From: Thermodesulfobacteriota bacterium
Lineage (GTDB): Bacteria > Desulfobacterota > Desulfobulbia > Desulfobulbales > SURF-16
Direction: 5' to 3'
NCBI GenBank assembly: GCA_040755455.1
Contig: JBFMAY010000047.1
Location: 1 to 30,399, forward strand
Length of the DNA: 30,399 nt
The notes under the pieces were generated by a model, which did not search any database, was not told the DNA's origin, and was given only the letters and a program-made list of their open reading frames with translations. Numbering within the stretch: the first letter of the stretch is position 1; the number at the start of each line of letters is the position of its first letter. Positions 27,203-30,399 of the stretch are shown piece by piece. Both the position numbers and the translations under genes were made by a program.

Positions 27203-29991
27203 GCAATGCTGAAAAGCACATAGCCGAACCCGGGGAAATCCTTATCGTGGATGATGACCATGCCAGTCTGCAGCTGCTTACCGAGATTCTCGGCAGTCAC
27301 GGCTATCGGGTACGGCCGGCCTCAAGCGGGCGGCTGGCCTTGCGCACAGTGGCCATTGCCAGGCCCGATTTGATCCTCCTTGATGTGAAAATGCCCGATA
27401 TTGACGGTTATGAGGTCTGCCGCCGTTTAAAAGCAGAGCAAGCGAGCTGTGATATCCCGGTCATCTTCATCAGCGGTCTCTATGGCACCGCCGAAAAAGT
27501 CAAGGGCTTTGACGCCGGGGGTGTCGACTACATCACCAAGCCGTTGCAGCCTGAGGAAATACTGGCCCGGGTAAAAACCCACCTGGAGCTGAACCGCCTG
27601 CAATTGCAGATGAAAAAGGCCTATGAGGAAGTGGAAATGCAGGTGCGGCAACGCACTGCCGAACTTTACATGGTCAACGCGGAACTGCGGGAAAGCGAAA
27701 GAAAGTTCAAAAACATCTTTGACAACATCCAGGACGGTTACATCATGGCTGATATGGATGGCACCATCCTGCTCGTCAATCCGGCCTCCGCTCAAACATT
27801 GGGATACGACAGCACCGGGGAACTCATCGGCAGAAACATGGCTGCGGAGGTGTATGGCCGTGCGGCAGACAGGGAGACAGTCAAGGCAATCCTGGCGGAC
27901 AGAGGCAGGGTAGACGACTATGAGCTGGAGTTCAGGCGCAAAAACGGCGAAAATATTCCCGTCTCCTGCAGTATCCACCTGGTGACGGATCGCGATGGAC
28001 AGCCCGTTGCCCTGGAGGGATTGTTCCGGGATATCAGCGAGCGCAGGAAGGCCGGGGAAGAGCTCAAACAGTCGCAAAGACTGTTGCAGAGCATGTTCGA
28101 AGCCATCCCCGGCCTGGTTAATGTACTGGATAAAGACCTCAATATCGTCTACAGCAACTGGCATGACCATGAGTATGTCACAGCAAAGGAGCGGGCCGAT
28201 AACCCCAAGTGTTACCGGGTCTTTCTCAAGAAGGACAACCCCTGTCCGGACTGTCATGTGGGGGAGATCTTTGCCACCGGCAAACCGCGGACCGTGGAGG
28301 TGTTCAACAGTGTCCATGGCCGTTATAAGGAGGTCAGCACCTTTCCCGTGTTTGACGAGGAGGGCAAGGTGCGCTATGTGGTGGAGCACGCCACGGACAT
28401 CAACGAGCGCAAGCAGGCGGAATTGGCCCTGCGCGCGGAAAAGGAAAAACTGGAAACGCTTACCCGCAACATGGGGGTGGGGCTGACCGTTATTGCCAAG
28501 GACTACCGGATTCTGTGGGCCAATCAGGTTCTCAAAGAAATTTTCGGGGATGTGGAAGGAAAAATCTGCCATGAAACTTATAACAAGCAGACCGAGATCT
28601 GCCCCGGTTGCGGGGTCAGGCAGGTCCTTGCCACAGGCCAGGGACCGGTAATCCATGAACAGAAAGGCATCGACCTAAACGGCAACGAAGTGTGGTCCGA
28701 AATAATCGTTACCCCGATCAGGGACGGACAGGGCAATATCACCTCAGCCCTGGAGGTTTTAGTGCCCATCAACGACCGCAAGCGGGCGGAGGAAGAGAAG
28801 GAGGAAATCGAAAAGCAACTCCGCCAGGCGCAGAAGATGGAGTCGGTGGGCACCCTGGCCGGCGGCATTGCCCATGATTTCAACAATATCCTGACTGCGG
28901 TTCTCGGTTATGCGGATATGGTGCTGGAAGGTCTCGCCCCGGGCAGCAGGAACTGGAAACTGCAGCAGGAGGTGATCAATGCCGGCCTGCGCGCCAAGGA
29001 GCTGGTGAAACAGATTCTGACCTTCAGCCGCCAGACTGAACATGATTTCAAACCGCTGCAGCTCCATCTCATCATCAAGGAAACCCTCAAACTGTTACGG
29101 GCCTCCATCCCGACCACCATCGAGATCCGCCAGGACATTGATGCATCCTGCGGGGCCGTGCTGGCCGATCCGACCCAGATCCATCAGGTGCTGCTCAACC
29201 TCTGCACCAACTCCTACCATGCCATGCGGGAAAAAGGCGGCGTGCTGGAGGTCTGCCTGCGGGAAACCGTCATCGGCCAGGATGATCATATCGCCAATCT
29301 TGAGCTGACGCCTGGAAAGTACGCGAAACTTTCCGTGAGCGACACGGGTGCCGGCATCAGGCTGGAGGACATGGAGAAGATCTTTGAACCCTACTTTACC
29401 ACCAAACCGGTCGATGAGGGCACCGGGCTGGGACTTTCCGTGGTGCATGGCATTGTCAAAAGCCATAAGGGGCGTATCACGGTCTACAGCGAACCCGGCA
29501 AAGGCACTGTTTTCAATCTCTATTTCCCCTGCATTGCAGCCGCCGGCGAGACAGGAGAGGCGAGAAGCGATGAGCTGCTCCCCGGCGGCAATGAACGCAT
29601 CCTGGTGGTGGATGACGAGGAATTTATCGTCAGGATAGAGCAGTTCATTCTGGAAAATCTCGGCTACCGGATTACCGCCACGACAAGCAGCAAGGAGGCC
29701 CTGCGGATCTTTTCCCAACAGCCGACGGATTTCGATCTGGTCATTACCGACATGACCATGCCGCACCTGACCGGGGCGGATCTGGCCCGTAAATTCCTGG
29801 CCATCAGACCGGATATCCCGCTTATCCTCTGTACCGGCTTCAATGCGCAGATCAACAAAGAAACGGCCAAAGAGATCGGCATCCGGGAATTTGCCCTGAA
29901 ACCGGTCAGCAAAAGAGATTTAGCGTATATGGTGCGGAGGGCGTTGGATGACGCCCAACAGGGATGGCAAAAAAACGCCAGCATCGCATAA
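27199..29991 (+). CDS. Cytoplasmic hybrid histidine kinase (REC, 3 PAS, HisKA, HATPase, REC)
   Basis: N-terminal receiver (ILIVDDD, LDVKMPD, KP), three PAS/PAC units, H-box AHDFNNIL and C-terminal receiver TDMTMP. ATGA overlap with the upstream kinase. Confidence 0.93.
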   Translation: MSNAEKHIAEPGEILIVDDDHASLQLLTEILGSHGYRVRPASSGRLALRTVAIARPDLILLDVKMPDIDGYEVCRRLKAEQASCDIPVIFISGLYGTAEKVKGFDAGGVDYITKPLQPEEILARVKTHLELNRLQLQMKKAYEEVEMQVRQRTAELYMVNAELRESERKFKNIFDNIQDGYIMADMDGTILLVNPASAQTLGYDSTGELIGRNMAAEVYGRAADRETVKAILADRGRVDDYELEFRRKNGENIPVSCSIHLVTDRDGQPVALEGLFRDISERRKAGEELKQSQRLLQSMFEAIPGLVNVLDKDLNIVYSNWHDHEYVTAKERADNPKCYRVFLKKDNPCPDCHVGEIFATGKPRTVEVFNSVHGRYKEVSTFPVFDEEGKVRYVVEHATDINERKQAELALRAEKEKLETLTRNMGVGLTVIAKDYRILWANQVLKEIFGDVEGKICHETYNKQTEICPGCGVRQVLATGQGPVIHEQKGIDLNGNEVWSEIIVTPIRDGQGNITSALEVLVPINDRKRAEEEKEEIEKQLRQAQKMESVGTLAGGIAHDFNNILTAVLGYADMVLEGLAPGSRNWKLQQEVINAGLRAKELVKQILTFSRQTEHDFKPLQLHLIIKETLKLLRASIPTTIEIRQDIDASCGAVLADPTQIHQVLLNLCTNSYHAMREKGGVLEVCLRETVIGQDDHIANLELTPGKYAKLSVSDTGAGIRLEDMEKIFEPYFTTKPVDEGTGLGLSVVHGIVKSHKGRITVYSEPGKGTVFNLYFPCIAAAGETGEARSDELLPGGNERILVVDDEEFIVRIEQFILENLGYRITATTSSKEALRIFSQQPTDFDLVITDMTMPHLTGADLARKFLAIRPDIPLILCTGFNAQINKETAKEIGIREFALKPVSKRDLAYMVRRALDDAQQGWQKNASIA

Positions 29992-30138
29992 CTATGTTAA
30001 CTCAACAACTACCGTCTAAAAGTTCCTGTCAACTCCTTTTCCAATCCACAGCACAACACGGGCAAGGAGGTTTCCCCTGCCCTGGTCAGGAAACATCTAA
30101 ACTTCCTGTTAAGGCAATAGATTTCCATTCGAAGTATC

Positions 30139-30399
30139 TACGCTAATTCCATTAAGTTTTCAAGATGGCACTAATCCAAGGCCAGTTGGCTAGGCTATGC
30201 ATTGCCATCTTATTTGCCGCCATCTCGGACAATCCCTTTTCCGCTTGTTCGGTTGCGGCATCAAGGGAATCAAAAAACACGATTAGCAAAATAGTCTCTT
30301 CTCAGTTTATTCCATATTTGCTCGGCAGGATTTAGCTCCGGAGAATATGGTGGTAAAAGTATCAAGGCCAAGTTGTCGGGAATCACGAGATCCTTGCTT
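30139..30399 (-). mobile_element. Downstream end of an IS630-family insertion sequence
   Basis: The transposase stop is followed 11 nt later by a TA dinucleotide (30139-30140), the usual IS630 target. The exact boundary is uncertain because the other terminus is outside the window. Confidence 0.6.
30152..30398 (-). pseudogene. IS630-family transposase C-terminus, frameshifted (5' part outside the window)
   Basis: The minus strand reads SKDLVIPDNLALILLPPYSPELNPAEQIWNKLRRDYFANRVF*, containing the LPPYSPELNP.E DDE_3 motif. Removing one T from the T6 run (30272-30277) continues it as DSLDAATEQAEKGL...NWPWISAILKT*. This ORF is not in the supplied track. Confidence 0.88.

Noticed and set aside
28243..28257. 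CPDCH, a c-type heme-binding (CxxCH) motif
   Set aside because: It lies in a cytoplasmic PAS domain of a protein with no signal peptide or TM segment, and the His is absent from the two paralogous PAS motifs.
27427..28656. 409-aa ORF on the minus strand
   Set aside because: It is an antisense shadow of a well-supported kinase gene.
29964..30146. 60-aa ORF and short hairpins after the last kinase
   Set aside because: The ORF overlaps the kinase stop and has no RBS or motif. The hairpins (e.g. GGGCA...TGCCC) lack a U-tract.

Overview
A GC-rich bacterial chromosomal window. Gene content and order (yicC-remA-gmk-rlmB, many PAS hybrid kinases, HAMP-less MCPs, YkgJ- and AF1514-family genes) suggest an anaerobic Desulfobacterota member, probably Desulfobulbales; this is inference. 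It runs from the 3' end of dnaE to a frameshifted IS630-type transposase remnant. Signalling genes dominate: five hybrid histidine kinases, a sigma54-dependent response regulator with a candidate -24/-12 promoter and enhancer beside it, a pseudo-receiver, two chemoreceptors and an orphan solute-binding protein. Thiol/sulfur redox genes are interleaved: a VKOR-thioredoxin fusion, a periplasmic tandem rhodanese and a MauE/DoxX protein. A housekeeping block follows (GT9-like, rfaE1, yicC, remA, gmk, rlmB). The most notable hidden signal is a short ORF at 13070 (- strand) with a 10-nt perfect Shine-Dalgarno. Its TGA is in frame with the downstream AF1514-family gene and is followed by a hairpin, making it a candidate undescribed selenoprotein fusion. 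Also notable are a rhodanese-MCP-MauE cluster (possible sulfur-taxis module) and an inverted pair of 9-mer tandem arrays between yicC and remA. All family calls come from recognising motifs by eye; no database search was run.
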